Shown: positions 1-11,766, counted from the whole stretch's first letter. The stretch is DNA of 63,030 nucleotides, filler included, from Globobulimina sp. (GCA_003354225.1; 38 parts of 38 records of this genome joined end to end with filler, not necessarily neighbours in it); one strand, 5' to 3'. A program made the numbers and translations. The notes: generated by a model not told the origin, from the letters alone.

Positions 1-533
1 CAGCATTGAAATGACTTTCTTTTTCGTTATGTGCTGTGTTTGTTGTTGCATAAAATTGAATGTAAGTTGGTATAGTAATTCTGAGGCTGCTTCCCTTTTT
101 TTAATGTGTGCTTGCTCCGCGGCACTAATATTTAGTATAGGATGGTTTTCTACGTTTATACAATGTATTGAATTCCGAGGAATTGTATTAATGCATTGTG
201 ATGATGGAACATTAATATATGATGGTACAATGGATATATTTTCATGGTTTTATCCACTTTGTGTGTTTGAAATTGTTAAAGGGTCTATCATGGCCACAGT
301 TGTTTGTTTCTGGTTGTTTTATGAGAAATGTATCAAATCTGATTGAAGATGACTAGTTTACGAGTTTGTGCGTGTAGTTGTGTACATGATTGAGTGATGT
401 AATTATTTCGTTTTTTGATATGCATTCTGTACAGTTGAAAAATTGGCAGGTAACGCCAAACGAGAAATATGCACTGTTTTTTAATTGAGCTAGTCATCTT
501 TAAACTGAATAAAAATCCTTTTAAATTAAAAGA

Positions 534-1563
534 ATGGTTAACGTTGATTATTCATCTGAATTATTCTTGGGGGCCATTGTCATTTTTGTGTTTATTGCAT
601 GTGGCTGTCTTTTATTAAGTCTTATTATTCATTTAATTTACAGAACACACAAAAAATGGAAAACGAAGAAATCTAAAGACACTTACAAATTAATGTTAAT
701 TTTGGTTTCAACCATTGTGGGTATATCCTCATTTGAATTAGCATTAGTAAGTACAGTTATGATTGTTTCCCAGGTATATTTATTGGACAGTTTCATTGTC
801 GGCGAACAAAATTTAATATCTTACCATTTCTTTATGTTAACCCATGATGCGCTCGAATATGTAATTGCGATCTTTGACTCATTGGGGCATTTATCCATGT
901 TATTTGTGTTTATTTTCAGATTTAAATATACATTTTCAAATCAAATATTTAACCAATCACAAATATTCATCCGTTTTCTCTATGTAATGTTGGCTGCATT
1001 GTTCATAATGTCGTTGGTTATCATATTTTATATATTTCCATCCCGAACACGCAGTAAAAGTGATATATTAATTTGGGAAATTGCCTGGGAACTTTGTGTA
1101 GAATCCATTGTCTTATTCATATTAGCTTTATTTGTTTACAATTTGTACCAACTCTTAAAGTTATCCGTAATGAGCCATCTCAAAAGCGGAGAGAAACACG
1201 ATTTGTTGGCTGAAATTACAAAACTTAGTTTAGAACAATCGAAATCGAGCAGGAATAAATCGAGTCGTTCAAAGGGTTCCAGCAAAAAAAACAAAAATGT
1301 TATGACCATCGATGGAACCACAGTCGATCCATATCCTCCATCACGACAAGCATCGCGTACTGGCAATGCTAATTATAATCTTTCCGTGCAACAATCTGTG
1401 AAATCTCCAGGCGACAGAAGTCCAGAAACAGATCATTATATTTCTGAAAACGAGTTAGCTGACCATGAAAATAACGATATGAACAGCAAAAACGAACCGA
1501 CGCCATCTCCGGATCCAACACCAACTCCATCGCCAGATCCATTGGGGTCCAATAACCGCAGTG
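534..1563 (+). CDS. Multi-pass membrane protein (7TM-like N-terminal half, low-complexity cytoplasmic tail), 3'-truncated
   Basis: Several hydrophobic segments in the first ~200 aa, then a Ser/Lys/Pro-rich tail; runs into the linker. Confidence 0.6.
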
Positions 1564-1663
1564 NNNNNNNNNNNNNNNNNNNNNNNNNNNNNNNNNNNNN
1601 NNNNNNNTTAATTAATTAANNNNNNNNNNNNNNNNNNNNNNNNNNNNNNNNNNNNNNNNNNNN
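1564..1663. other. Artificial contig-joining linker (first of 37 copies, one every ~1660 nt; last at 61372-61471)
   Basis: Identical N44-TTAATTAATTAA-N44 blocks with stop codons in all six frames; flanking contigs decrease from 1563 to 1559 bp. Confidence 0.99.
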
Positions 1664-1894
1664 CATGTCTTGACGTATTATATATTCATTTCATCCATTA
1701 ATTTGCAATTCCACTGACTTTTGAACATTTTGTGTTTTTATATATTTCGAAATTCGATCACCAAAAAGTATTCTCGTTTTAATTCCGCAAATCTAGTATT
1801 GTCCTGGGTATGAAGCTGAAAACGGCACCAAAAAACTTTTCACGCATTTTCGCACAACTAATTAGCCTCAAATCACCGAAGTAATACGTAAATC

Positions 1895-3210
1895 ATGGCA
1901 ACTGATCCACGCTTATGCAATATCAATGCACAAATGTTAGAATCGTCAGCCTCAACAGCAACATCATGTCCTTCTATAAATACATCATCCGAGGATACCA
2001 ATCATCCGCATCAATCCCAATTATTGCAACATGCACCACCACAACCACCTGTACAATCAAATTTCGGTCCAATTGCAACTCAATTAACATCACCCATTCT
2101 ACCAAACGAACTGAGTTTCCTCCACATGACATCGCCGCAGAACAATGGTTTATTCCCATACTCTACGCTGACATCACCCACATTAAACAATCAATTATTC
2201 GACTTTCCCATAATCCCGGTGCCAGTGTCCAACATTGGAGACATGGGAGTGTTGCCAAACAACATCAATTACAACCAATTAACAAACCCAATCAATTACA
2301 ACCAATTAACAAATGACTGGCAAACCATTATGAATTATAACACTAATTTAGATCAATTCGCAACACCATCGTTCGACGTCGACTTGCCACCGCATGTAAA
2401 GGGCGAACACAATTTCCCTTCCAATCATAATCAGTTCCAAACGCAAAAGAAAAGGCGAGGCAGAAAACGAAAGGTATTTTTATTAAAACCAGAGCTGTTT
2501 TTGTGCGGAAAACAATTTCTCGCATTTTCTAAATTTTGTCCGCTCAGCAAAGTAATCTTTAATTTTTTGTGATTTGTACGTACGTCGTCGCATGCAATAA
2601 TTTTTCGTTTTTGATAATATTAAGATTAAAATTGAAGAGCCCGAAATTATTGGCCATGAATCGTTTGTTGTGAATGAAGCACCAAAGAAAAAACGTGGCC
2701 GCAAACCTAAAAACGGTGTCAAAAATGAAGATCATTCGCTGCAAAAGTTAATATCACAAAATCGCAAAGTTAAACATGAGGGATATGTGGGCATACAAAA
2801 TACATTCGGATCGGTTAAAATCGATATTCCGCCAAAAGAATTGGTCAAATATGACGTGTTTGGCTTTGCGTGCACTGAGAAAATCGAAGATATATTACAG
2901 CCGAAAAAAAGAACCAGATATGTCCGTGGATTAAATGACGATGAAAAAAAAGATCGGCGAAGAGAGCAAAATCGAAATGCTGCGGCACGCAGTCGAGCAC
3001 GAAAAAATGCTATGATTTCCAAAGTTATTCAGTTGCATCAAGAAAATTTAGCATTGAGAGCTCATGTTTCGGTATGTAAATTATCGTATTTTTTGTGGAT
3101 TTAATTGTGAAATAATCCAAATATACTTTGTTTTCTGATCATTATAGAGCACAATTCGTGAAATGAAAATGTTGAAGGATGAAAAGGAAAGATTACAGTC
3201 TGCGTTGTGA
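1895..3210 (+). CDS. bZIP transcription factor with two AT-hook-like motifs; 3 exons (1895-2473, 2625-3071, 3148-3210)
   Basis: Basic region RRREQNRNAAARSRARK plus zipper; GT-AG introns 2474-2624 and 3072-3147 join frames and complete the zipper (STIREMKMLKDEKERLQSAL*); RRGRKRK and KRGRKPK motifs. Confidence 0.85.
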
Positions 3211-3326
3211 TTTTAATATTATCGGANNNNNNNNNNNNNNNNNNNNNNNNNNNNNNNNNNNNNNNNNNNNTTAATTAATTAANNNNNNNNNNNNNNNNNN
3301 NNNNNNNNNNNNNNNNNNNNNNNNNN

Positions 3327-3515
3327 TACCTTGTCAGCGTTTCCGATTGTAAACAATATTAAATATTGTAAACAAAATTAAATATTGTAAACTTTCCCCA
3401 CCACTTACCTTGTCAGCGTTTCCGATTGTAAACAATATTAAATATTGTAAACTTTCCCCACTACTTAGCTTATTAGCGTTTTGAATGTAAATAGTATTAA
3501 GTATTGTAAAAAACA
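3327..3515. repeat. Tandem repeat of ~60-80 bp units (about 3 copies) with an internal palindrome
   Basis: TACCTTGTCAGCGTTTCCGATTGTAAACAATATTAAATATTGTAAAC at 3327 and 3407, degenerate copy at 3467. Confidence 0.85.
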
Positions 3516-3577
3516 TTCAAAATTTTATAACAAGAAAAAGAAAAAACTAAATTGAAAAAAAATTTTACATTAATAAA

Positions 3578-4798
3578 TCACTTAAATTTTATCAATAATT
3601 CGATTCTATCTTTACAACATTTCCAATCGTTGTTTGCTGCAGATATTTCATAGTATTGCTTGTTTTCATTGTCTCTTTTTGCACCCAATTTAATAACAAC
3701 ATCTCCAGCATTTTCGGCTTTAAAGACTAAGCGAAATTTTCTAATCATCCCTTCTTCAGCTGCATATGTATTGAATATGTTTTCGATAGCCAATAAAATC
3801 GTTTCGGATTTAAAACCAACAATACTAACTGCGTAGAAATTTCTTAGATTAGGGAAAAAACTGTAAACTTGTTTGAAGAAGGAATCGTGCAGAGGAACAA
3901 TCGGATTTAAAGTAATGCCGAAATTAATCAAAATATTTTGTAATTCTTCTGTTAAATTTTCAACAAAAGTAAAAGGATTATAGGCGATAACAATTGGCAA
4001 AAAATAAAGTGTTTCTAAAGCAGGAAAGGTGTTTGAACATAGTGCAGCAAAGTCATAAGCATTTGTAGCATATATCTTGTTTGCAGTATTATCGTTGCTG
4101 ATGATTTTAAAATGTTTAATTTTATGACAATTTGTAAATGATGTCATAAGTGTATCCCAAATTTGACGAAGATTCTTGGACACCATAGAAAATGAAACCA
4201 AATTTTTACATTTATATAACATCGCATATAAAGATACACATATTTCACTTGGTTCATTTTCCACCCATTTTCCAATATTTATCTCTTTCAATTGTTCCAA
4301 ATCAATCGTCATCAAACTAGTAATTAATACATTGTAAGCAATTGGTGCTTTAATTTCGAACAATTCCAAATTGATACTATTAGAAGCATCTTGTATTTTT
4401 TGGGACATTTCCAACATAACGTGCAAAGGAATTATTAGATCTTGCATCATATTCAACTCATTTCGTTCATCTATATCGAATATGAATTTAACCATTGTGA
4501 TACGATTTAACAATGTTTCCAATGCAGAGGCTGCTTTTTCAAAAGAAAATCTAACAGCATTAATTAATATTTTGTCATCTTCTAGTGTTATACGGATTGT
4601 TTTTTCCTTCAACCATGAATTATGATGCAAAATGCAGTTTTCGAATTGTTTAGAAACAAGCTGTAATCGCATTTTATTTTTTTCGTCATTTGTAATTCTT
4701 TCAAATATACCATCAATTACTTCGGATGGTATTTTGGAAAATGGTGAGATTTTTTCACCAGTAGCTTTACGTTTTCGACCTCTTGGCATTTTACACAT
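3578..4798 (-). CDS. F-box protein with an LRR-like C-terminal region
   Basis: N-terminal PFSKIPSEVIDGIFERI...RLQLVSKQF F-box pattern; uninterrupted 406-aa ORF. Confidence 0.7.
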   Translation of the reverse strand: MCKMPRGRKRKATGEKISPFSKIPSEVIDGIFERITNDEKNKMRLQLVSKQFENCILHHNSWLKEKTIRITLEDDKILINAVRFSFEKAASALETLLNRITMVKFIFDIDERNELNMMQDLIIPLHVMLEMSQKIQDASNSINLELFEIKAPIAYNVLITSLMTIDLEQLKEINIGKWVENEPSEICVSLYAMLYKCKNLVSFSMVSKNLRQIWDTLMTSFTNCHKIKHFKIISNDNTANKIYATNAYDFAALCSNTFPALETLYFLPIVIAYNPFTFVENLTEELQNILINFGITLNPIVPLHDSFFKQVYSFFPNLRNFYAVSIVGFKSETILLAIENIFNTYAAEEGMIRKFRLVFKAENAGDVVIKLGAKRDNENKQYYEISAANNDWKCCKDRIELLIKFK

Positions 4799-5386
4799 AT
4801 ATCCAATAAATTAGATACTGAAATAATGTAATATTACTTAAAAAAATTTGCATTAACAAAAGAAAAATGTTGATTTACCTTGAACTGACNNNNNNNNNNN
4901 NNNNNNNNNNNNNNNNNNNNNNNNNNNNNNNNNTTAATTAATTAANNNNNNNNNNNNNNNNNNNNNNNNNNNNNNNNNNNNNNNNNNNNCTAAACATGAA
5001 ATTAAAATAATTATTTTGATATTCTTTTTTGATAATTTGATTATTATGTGTTTGAATCTTTATTTTTGAATTAATTTGATTGTAAAAATCTCGTTGATTC
5101 CGTTCATAATTTAATACCATTTCTTTCAATTTATTTTCAATTAATACCAAACATTCTGAATCTAAATCATTATTAACGGTTTGGATTTTTTGAATACAAG
5201 TCGTCCACATTGTTTTCTGACAAATGCCGACACGATTTTTGTGAGTAAGTTAATTATTTAAGCTACTTTTATAATGATAACGGATATGAAATAAAACAAT
5301 TGGTTGCAAGTGCACGGTATTATAAGGTATCAATGTTTGACAGAGTAGTCACTGAATTTGAATATATTATAAAGTATCACTTCTCC

Positions 5387-6550
5387 TCATTTTATTATTG
5401 GTAATGTAGGCAATGTAGGCAATGCCGGCAACACTTTTTTCGGAGAAGGAGGCACTGCTTTTTGTGTGGAAATTGTTTGAACCTTTTCCAATGTAATTGA
5501 ATCATTATCAGTTAAAGTATTATCACTATTTTCAAATTCATTCGATGATGGAATACTGTCCAAATCATAAGAAGTCGCATTGCAATGTTTTATTTTATCA
5601 ATATTTCCCATTTCAATCTCTTTCTTTTCCTCTTCAAAAATTATTAAATCATTATCTCCATTCTCTTGTTTATGTGTTTTATTTTTTTTCCTTTCAATTT
5701 CAACATTATTCTTTATTGGAATTGGTGTTCGTTTCTTTAATTTTTCAATTTTTGCCAACTCTCTTTCTGAATATTTCGTTTTTGAAGATTTGCAAATTAA
5801 TAATATTGCGCTGAACAAATAATAGAACATAAAAAGAAATGGAAAAATAATGGCAACACTAATAAATAGCTCCGAAAATGCTTGATTTTGTTGATTTAAT
5901 TTGTTTGACACCGCCATGATGGATATCAATGATAATAAACATACAAATTCCATTATATTTAAACGCGTATATTTAAATGGCGTGAAATTTGAATGAATGG
6001 CCAAATAAATGACTAACAGTGTAATCAACATCGCATCGAAATCATTAGAACTATAATATCTCAATGAAGTGAATGATGCGATGACAAACCGTCTGGAAAA
6101 TAATATAAATTCATAAAACCAAAACTGTGCTTTATATGAATGTAGCAATTTTCTATAACGATTGGACGGAGATACTCGTTGTTGGATATTTTGTTTTTTA
6201 ATTTTAATGAATAAAACCGCGAAGAATATGAGCACAGAAACGCATAAAAACAGTCCAATCCACCACAATATACTGAAACAATCAGTCATTGGGTCATAAA
6301 AATGTACCATATCATCTGTTGGGAGTTTAATGCATGAAATGAGTTTAAAACCTGTTCCTAAAATAGAACCAGAGACAACAACACATAATTTGAGTGCGGC
6401 ACGTTTAATAATTTCAATTGCTTCAGATCCAGAACTGGATATATTTATATTTTCCTCTTTTGAGATCGATTGAGTTGTTATTATGTCACCCCATGTATTT
6501 TCAAGGTCAGTTTTGATTTTCTCCTTTATTATTACATAATAAAAAGTCCG
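5387..6550 (-). CDS. C-terminal multi-TM domain of a large protist membrane protein (TRP-like C-terminal type), 5'-truncated
   Basis: YKAQFWFYEFILFSRR and PFKYTRLNIMEF motifs with TM helices; frame stays open to the contig edge. Confidence 0.65.
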   Translation of the reverse strand, partial: RTFYYVIIKEKIKTDLENTWGDIITTQSISKEENINISSSGSEAIEIIKRAALKLCVVVSGSILGTGFKLISCIKLPTDDMVHFYDPMTDCFSILWWIGLFLCVSVLIFFAVLFIKIKKQNIQQRVSPSNRYRKLLHSYKAQFWFYEFILFSRRFVIASFTSLRYYSSNDFDAMLITLLVIYLAIHSNFTPFKYTRLNIMEFVCLLSLISIMAVSNKLNQQNQAFSELFISVAIIFPFLFMFYYLFSAILLICKSSKTKYSERELAKIEKLKKRTPIPIKNNVEIERKKNKTHKQENGDNDLIIFEEEKKEIEMGNIDKIKHCNATSYDLDSIPSSNEFENSDNTLTDNDSITLEKVQTISTQKAVPPSPKKVLPALPTLPTLPIIK

Positions 6551-6654
6551 AANNNNNNNNNNNNNNNNNNNNNNNNNNNNNNNNNNNNNNNNNNNNTTAA
6601 TTAATTAANNNNNNNNNNNNNNNNNNNNNNNNNNNNNNNNNNNNNNNNNNNNTC

Positions 6655-7422
6655 ATTGGATTTCAGGAAGCACTGAAAGAGCCATATCCTAACATTGACT
6701 GTTTATCAAAACTCGAGAAAAATTTGAAAAATAAACAACTATCAACCGAAAAGAATGTTAGATTCTATCAAGGCGTTGTTTTGGCGTCAAAATATGACAT
6801 AATTGAAGCATTTCAAGTTACAAATAGATTGCAGTTAAATGTTATACAGTATAATAAAGATATTTTATTGGCAGTCATTGTCGTTCATTTTGATTATCGG
6901 GATGAAAAAAAAAGGATTAATGAATATAATAAAATATTAACAGTTATTAAAAAATATGATAAATTATTACCAATGGTATTTATCGGAGATTTTAATGCTT
7001 TAACAAAGAGTGATTATAATCAAAATGAATGGAAACGTATAACAAAGGGAAGAGAAGAAAATCAGTGGGAACTCCCTCAAACGGAATTATTGGAAATCAT
7101 CAAAAGAAATAACTATTTTTATGACACAATGTATTTATTTCAAAATGCAATTAAACTAAAGCAAAAAAAAGGAAATGATGATAAAAAAGTAGAAGAGAAA
7201 GAAAATAAAAACGAAGATGATGATAAATTGAATGGAGCAAAATGGAATGCTGTTTTAGGAAATGAGAATCTGGGAACATGCCGTTTTGATACAAGGATAG
7301 ATTATGTATTGGTAAATGCAAAAATGTTAAACTTATTCGATATAATGGAATATCAGCATTTAGCACATAATGATGCATCTGACCATAAGTTAGTTCGCGT
7401 AAAGTTTCGATTAAAGAAATGA
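6655..7422 (+). CDS. Endonuclease/exonuclease/phosphatase (EEP) family protein, 5'-truncated
   Basis: IGFQE, GDFNA, RIDY and SDH catalytic motifs. Confidence 0.9.
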   Translation: MGFQEALKEPYPNIDCLSKLEKNLKNKQLSTEKNVRFYQGVVLASKYDIIEAFQVTNRLQLNVIQYNKDILLAVIVVHFDYRDEKKRINEYNKILTVIKKYDKLLPMVFIGDFNALTKSDYNQNEWKRITKGREENQWELPQTELLEIIKRNNYFYDTMYLFQNAIKLKQKKGNDDKKVEEKENKNEDDDKLNGAKWNAVLGNENLGTCRFDTRIDYVLVNAKMLNLFDIMEYQHLAHNDASDHKLVRVKFRLKK

Positions 7423-7474
7423 TCAAGAACGCATTTGACGTTTTTGCTTCCTACAAATAGTTGGTGTAAATTAC

Positions 7475-8215
7475 TCAAATGACTCTAACATTACTACGTT
7501 TTAAATTATTCAAATATAAATAAGCATCCGTCCCATACCCATCAACTGATTGTATTTGGCACGAACCACCAAAATATTGCGCATATTTTCTAGAAATTGG
7601 TAACCCATATCCCAGCCCAAACATTGGTGCATGTTTAATAGCGCCCAGTACAGAGCGGTCCACAGCGGAAATATTATCGGCTGTATACGGATAGCTACGC
7701 TTTAAAGCTTCCACATCACTCCCTTCGTATTGCCATTCCTTCTCTGCAGATTCAATAATTTGGCCCAACAATTCTCGATGTTTTGTCATTTTCTCGTCAA
7801 CGGTTGAATTATTTAAACCATATCCTGTGGTATATGAATATAGCCATATTTTATCTAAATCATCACGTGATATCCCACCGCCTTTATCGCTGATTTTGAT
7901 GGAGATGGATCCGTCCGATTCATTGTTGACAACAATAAGATCAATGTCTTTATCCACATTAAACTCCATGACAGCACGCATGCTGTTTTTCATTAATTCG
8001 TAAACCATATGATGTAAATGTTCAGGAATATATGTAAACGGTATGTCATTATCCCTTTGCTTGCGCATGTCATGAATCTCTACATTTGGCATTACATTAT
8101 CCGCATGGCACTGTTCCGCAAAATAGTCCATATTGGAATAACAAGCTGCTTTGGCGTCCACTATGGCTCTCTCTACGTACTTTATTATGTTACAATTCTC
8201 CTCAAATAGTCCGCT
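7475..8215 (-). CDS. Pyruvate dehydrogenase / branched-chain ketoacid dehydrogenase kinase family, C-terminal GHKL domain, 5'-truncated
   Basis: ELMKNSMRA, ISDKGGGI, GLGYGLPISRKYAQYFGG, GYGTDAY. Confidence 0.93.
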   Translation of the reverse strand, partial: SGLFEENCNIIKYVERAIVDAKAACYSNMDYFAEQCHADNVMPNVEIHDMRKQRDNDIPFTYIPEHLHHMVYELMKNSMRAVMEFNVDKDIDLIVVNNESDGSISIKISDKGGGISRDDLDKIWLYSYTTGYGLNNSTVDEKMTKHRELLGQIIESAEKEWQYEGSDVEALKRSYPYTADNISAVDRSVLGAIKHAPMFGLGYGLPISRKYAQYFGGSCQIQSVDGYGTDAYLYLNNLKRSNVRVI

Positions 8216-8315
8216 NNNNNNNNNNNNNNNNNNNNNNNNNNNNNNNNNNNNNNNNNNNNTTAATTAATTAANNNNNNNNNNNNNNNNNNNNNNNNNNNNN
8301 NNNNNNNNNNNNNNN

Positions 8316-8447
8316 CCTACATTCATCTTCATGCAATAACCGATTTCTTGGTATACAATTGCAATTCATTAAATATTTTGGAATTTCAACGTTTCTATAT
8401 TCATAGTAATCATCGCCATTTATATCACTATATGTCAGCCTACTCAT
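8316..8447 (-). CDS. Cyclin-dependent kinase regulatory subunit (CKS/Suc1) family, N-terminal fragment
   Basis: Manual translation MSRLTYSDINGDDYYEYRNVEIPKYLMNCNCIPRNRLLHEDECR fits the CKS pattern YSD..D..YEYR.V.+PK...P...L+.E.E; below the ORF-track length cutoff. Confidence 0.7.
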
Positions 8448-8843
8448 TTGTTTTGCTGTTTGATATTTTACAGAGTGGTGCTGTTAGTGTTGATGTTACT
8501 TGCTGCTAAAAAAAACAGTTAGTTTATAAACATTAAACACTCAACACATCACAACACAAAACATTAACCACAAGAGACACAAAATGTAAGTAAATTTATA
8601 TATCTTAAATCAACACAAAATTAGTAATGAATAATGTCTTATAATGACCAATTATTTGAATCAAATTAAAATTCGCTAAAATGGGCCATAGTCGATCACC
8701 ATATTATAAATCTTGACAATGCGTGGTCGATCAAAACCAAACCATGTATTATCGTCAAAACCATGTATTTGTCTCATTTTAATTTGATTCTAATAATTGA
8801 GTTATAGATTATTAATATATAATTATAATCTGAACAAGTGAAC

Positions 8844-9878
8844 ATGTTTTGCCATTTCTTGGTGACTTTACTGTATTTTACGTGTTCATCCGCTTCGAAT
8901 TCAAATATTGCGGTGGTAGATTTAAGGAAATTTTTATTAGGAAATGAATCCCAAGAAACAGAAGTTGTAAATGAGGTTCGTGCCGCACTCGAAGGCGTTG
9001 GATTAGTTTTATTTAAAAATCATGGAATACCACAAAATATCATTGACTCTGCATTTAAAATGCAACGGTCATTTTTTAACGAATCATTACAATATAAAGA
9101 AAACTATAATAAAGTTTTAAATGAGGATGGTTCACATAATGAATTCTTTGGATATACAGGAATTCAAAAAGAAACAATTTATGGAAAATATCCTGGTTAC
9201 AAAGAAGTATATGATATTCAATTAGATGGATTATTGAATCATTTTGAAATGAAAGATGAAATCAATGGTTTTCCGTATCAAACGGTACCAATCCGACAAT
9301 TAACAGAATTAACACTTGCGATGAGATCACAGACCATCACAATGCTACAAATTATATCTTTGGCATTGGATGGACCAAGATTTTATTTATCAAACCTTGT
9401 GGACCAATCACAAAATGGAATATTACGATTTGTGCATTATCCACCAACACCAATCCAAAATGATACATTTCAATCAGTTGCATTAACGCCACATACCGAT
9501 TTTTATCCGATGGTGCTTGGATTTCAAGATAGTAATAATTATAATCATGGCAATGGCTTTGAAGGATGGGATAAATTGAATAAAAAATGGGTGGAAATCC
9601 CGTATATTCCAGGGACAATGTTGATGAATTTGGGAGATTGTATGCAAAGATGGTCGAATGGTCGATTTATTGCCAATTTCCATCGATTGCGTTCCGTTGA
9701 TCAGGATCGATATGCAATGTATTTGTTTATTGGACCGGAATGGAATCATATTGTAGATCCAAGAGATTTTGTTATTGAAAATGAAACAAATATTAATTTT
9801 GAACCAGCTACAATGCTTGAAATTGTTGGTAAGAGAATGCAAGCACTCACAAAAATGGGTGAAAATGGATTGGTTGAA
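8844..9878 (+). CDS. Isopenicillin-N-synthase-like 2OG-Fe(II) dioxygenase with a predicted signal peptide, 3'-truncated
   Basis: DIOX_N-like IAVVDL...KNHGIP, LRFVHYPP, HTD...H triad, NLGDCMQRWSNGRF. Confidence 0.88.
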
Positions 9879-9978
9879 NNNNNNNNNNNNNNNNNNNNNN
9901 NNNNNNNNNNNNNNNNNNNNNNTTAATTAATTAANNNNNNNNNNNNNNNNNNNNNNNNNNNNNNNNNNNNNNNNNNNN

Positions 9979-11000
9979 AATAACCAAACAACCCGCCACA
10001 AGAGCATGGACAACACAGTACAAATGGATGGGTAATGTACGAACGTTATTATATATTTCTGCTTTGATTGGCTCAGTCGTAATAATAATAACAATGACTT
10101 GTTATGTTGTATTTGGTGACTCGTACTGTATTTATACAAAAATGATGATTGCTTCATTCTTTATGGTGTTTATTGGAATTTTAATTTATTATATTCGATC
10201 CTGTAGAGATGGGTTTTTTGTTCAAAGTTAATTAAAATATCCCCTTTAGCAATACATGTACAGTACATATCAGATATTATTTACAGAGGAGTTAAAATTA
10301 ATATTGGTATGGATGATTATTATGGGTATTATAGAGGGCGTAGTGTTTGGACCATTAATCAATCCCTCATCCAATTTGTCTACGTTAGTACTGAATATTT
10401 GGGCCAATATGTCATTATATATATATTCATTGGTGCCGACGTATTGGGTCATTAAACAATATGAAAAACAATTGGCTGCAAATAATCCATATCAGCAAAA
10501 ACTGGAAAATAATTCCAGTCTAAGTCGTGATAATATGAATAAATTATCAATTGAAGAAATATTAAAAACAAAAGATGGATTTGAGATCTTTGCTAACCAT
10601 TTAATTCGGGAGTTTAGCATAGAAAATTTATTTTTTGTGTTTGAAATTATGCAAACAAAACACGAGATAATTAGTAAGAAATTGGTGGACAGCTTGGATG
10701 CGGGTTTTATGGTTCCCATTGATATTGAAACGATGGGTAAAATTCGGAGAGAAAACATTTGCGAAATAAATGATGTAAATGATTTAAGAAAGATATGGAG
10801 ACATATTATGAAACAATATATTAACGCAAATGCAGAATTTTGTATAAATATATCATCAAAATCACGGTTGGGAATAAAAGAATCATTTAATTCATTAGAA
10901 GGTGGCGGTAAACTAGTTGTCGAAGCAGAAATTATTTTTGCTGAATCTGAAGAAAGTACGAGCGGACAAAAAACGGCTGGAATATCTGTCGATTTTGATA
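9979..11000 (+). CDS. Multi-TM RGS-domain protein (7TM-RGS type), partial; intron 10227-10286
   Basis: TM helices; spliced RDGFFVQKELK; RGS motifs GFEIFANHLIREFSIENLFF and YINANAEFCINISSKSR. Confidence 0.82.
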
Positions 11001-11540
11001 AAAGTACAGTCAGTAAAATAAATGAATGTCTAATCCCATACCGAAGACTACCCTCAGAAATTTTCCCAATCACCAACCCCGCAAAAAACGACTGAACCAG
11101 AAGCATCACAAAAAGAGGCATAGAAAAATCTCCAGAGTCCATCTTAACAGAACTCAATTGCATACCCTCGCCCTGCCCCAAATCTGAAACCAGTGGCAAA
11201 ATCTTAAACTCCATAACCAACATAATAATAATAAACACAAAAAAAATCATATAACCCTGCGTCACCAAATTCGAAACTGCAGCCATCCTCTCCTTCCTCA
11301 GCTTCTCAACCTGATTAACAGAACTAGAAACCGACTCCAGAATTACCTCAATCTTACCACCCGCTCGTTCAGCCTCACTAATCAAACTAACAGCCCTAGA
11401 AATAACCCGACTATCAGTCTCTTTAGCAAAAGTCACAAGTGCAACATTTAGCGTAATACCAATCGACAACTGATTCGACAACTTCAAAACATGCGGACTC
11501 AATGTCCCATAATTCCGATTCTTCAAATTCCTAATACTAT
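11000..11540 (-). CDS. Archaeal-type type II secretion / type IV pilus F-domain membrane protein (FlaJ/TadC-like) fragment joined to eukaryotic DNA
   Basis: NYGTLSPHVLKLSNQLSIG, AERAGGKIEVILESV, VQSFFAGLVIGKISEGSLRYGIRHS are typical of archaeal T2SSF proteins. Confidence 0.8.
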
Positions 11541-11640
11541 NNNNNNNNNNNNNNNNNNNNNNNNNNNNNNNNNNNNNNNNNNNNTTAATTAATTAANNNN
11601 NNNNNNNNNNNNNNNNNNNNNNNNNNNNNNNNNNNNNNNN

Positions 11641-11766
11641 AACAAACTCTCCATCCCGTACGACGACCACGTCTTCCATCGCCTCGGCTGCCGACAGGTC
11701 GATGGATTCGAGCGTCGCGCCGTAGGAAGGAGGACGTAGCACTTTTCCGTAAAACATGCCAGGCCG
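11641..11766 (-). CDS. Bacterial xanthine dehydrogenase-family molybdopterin-binding subunit fragment
   Basis: PGMFYGKVLRPPSYGATLESIDLSAAEAMEDVVVVRDGEFV; GC-richer than most of the window. Confidence 0.75.

Noticed and set aside
11-346. This and other short ORF-track entries antisense to or overlapping recognised genes, and ORF tails ending in X-runs or LIN
   Set aside because: No recognisable motifs; mostly shadow ORFs in AT-rich DNA, and the X/LIN tails are linker translation.
3327-3515. CRISPR array
   Set aside because: Units are directly tandem without unique spacers, and there are no cas genes.
10492-11526. 344-aa minus-strand ORF as one real protein
   Set aside because: Only the first ~175 aa are T2SSF-like; the rest is the antisense of the RGS gene beyond a probable chimeric junction.
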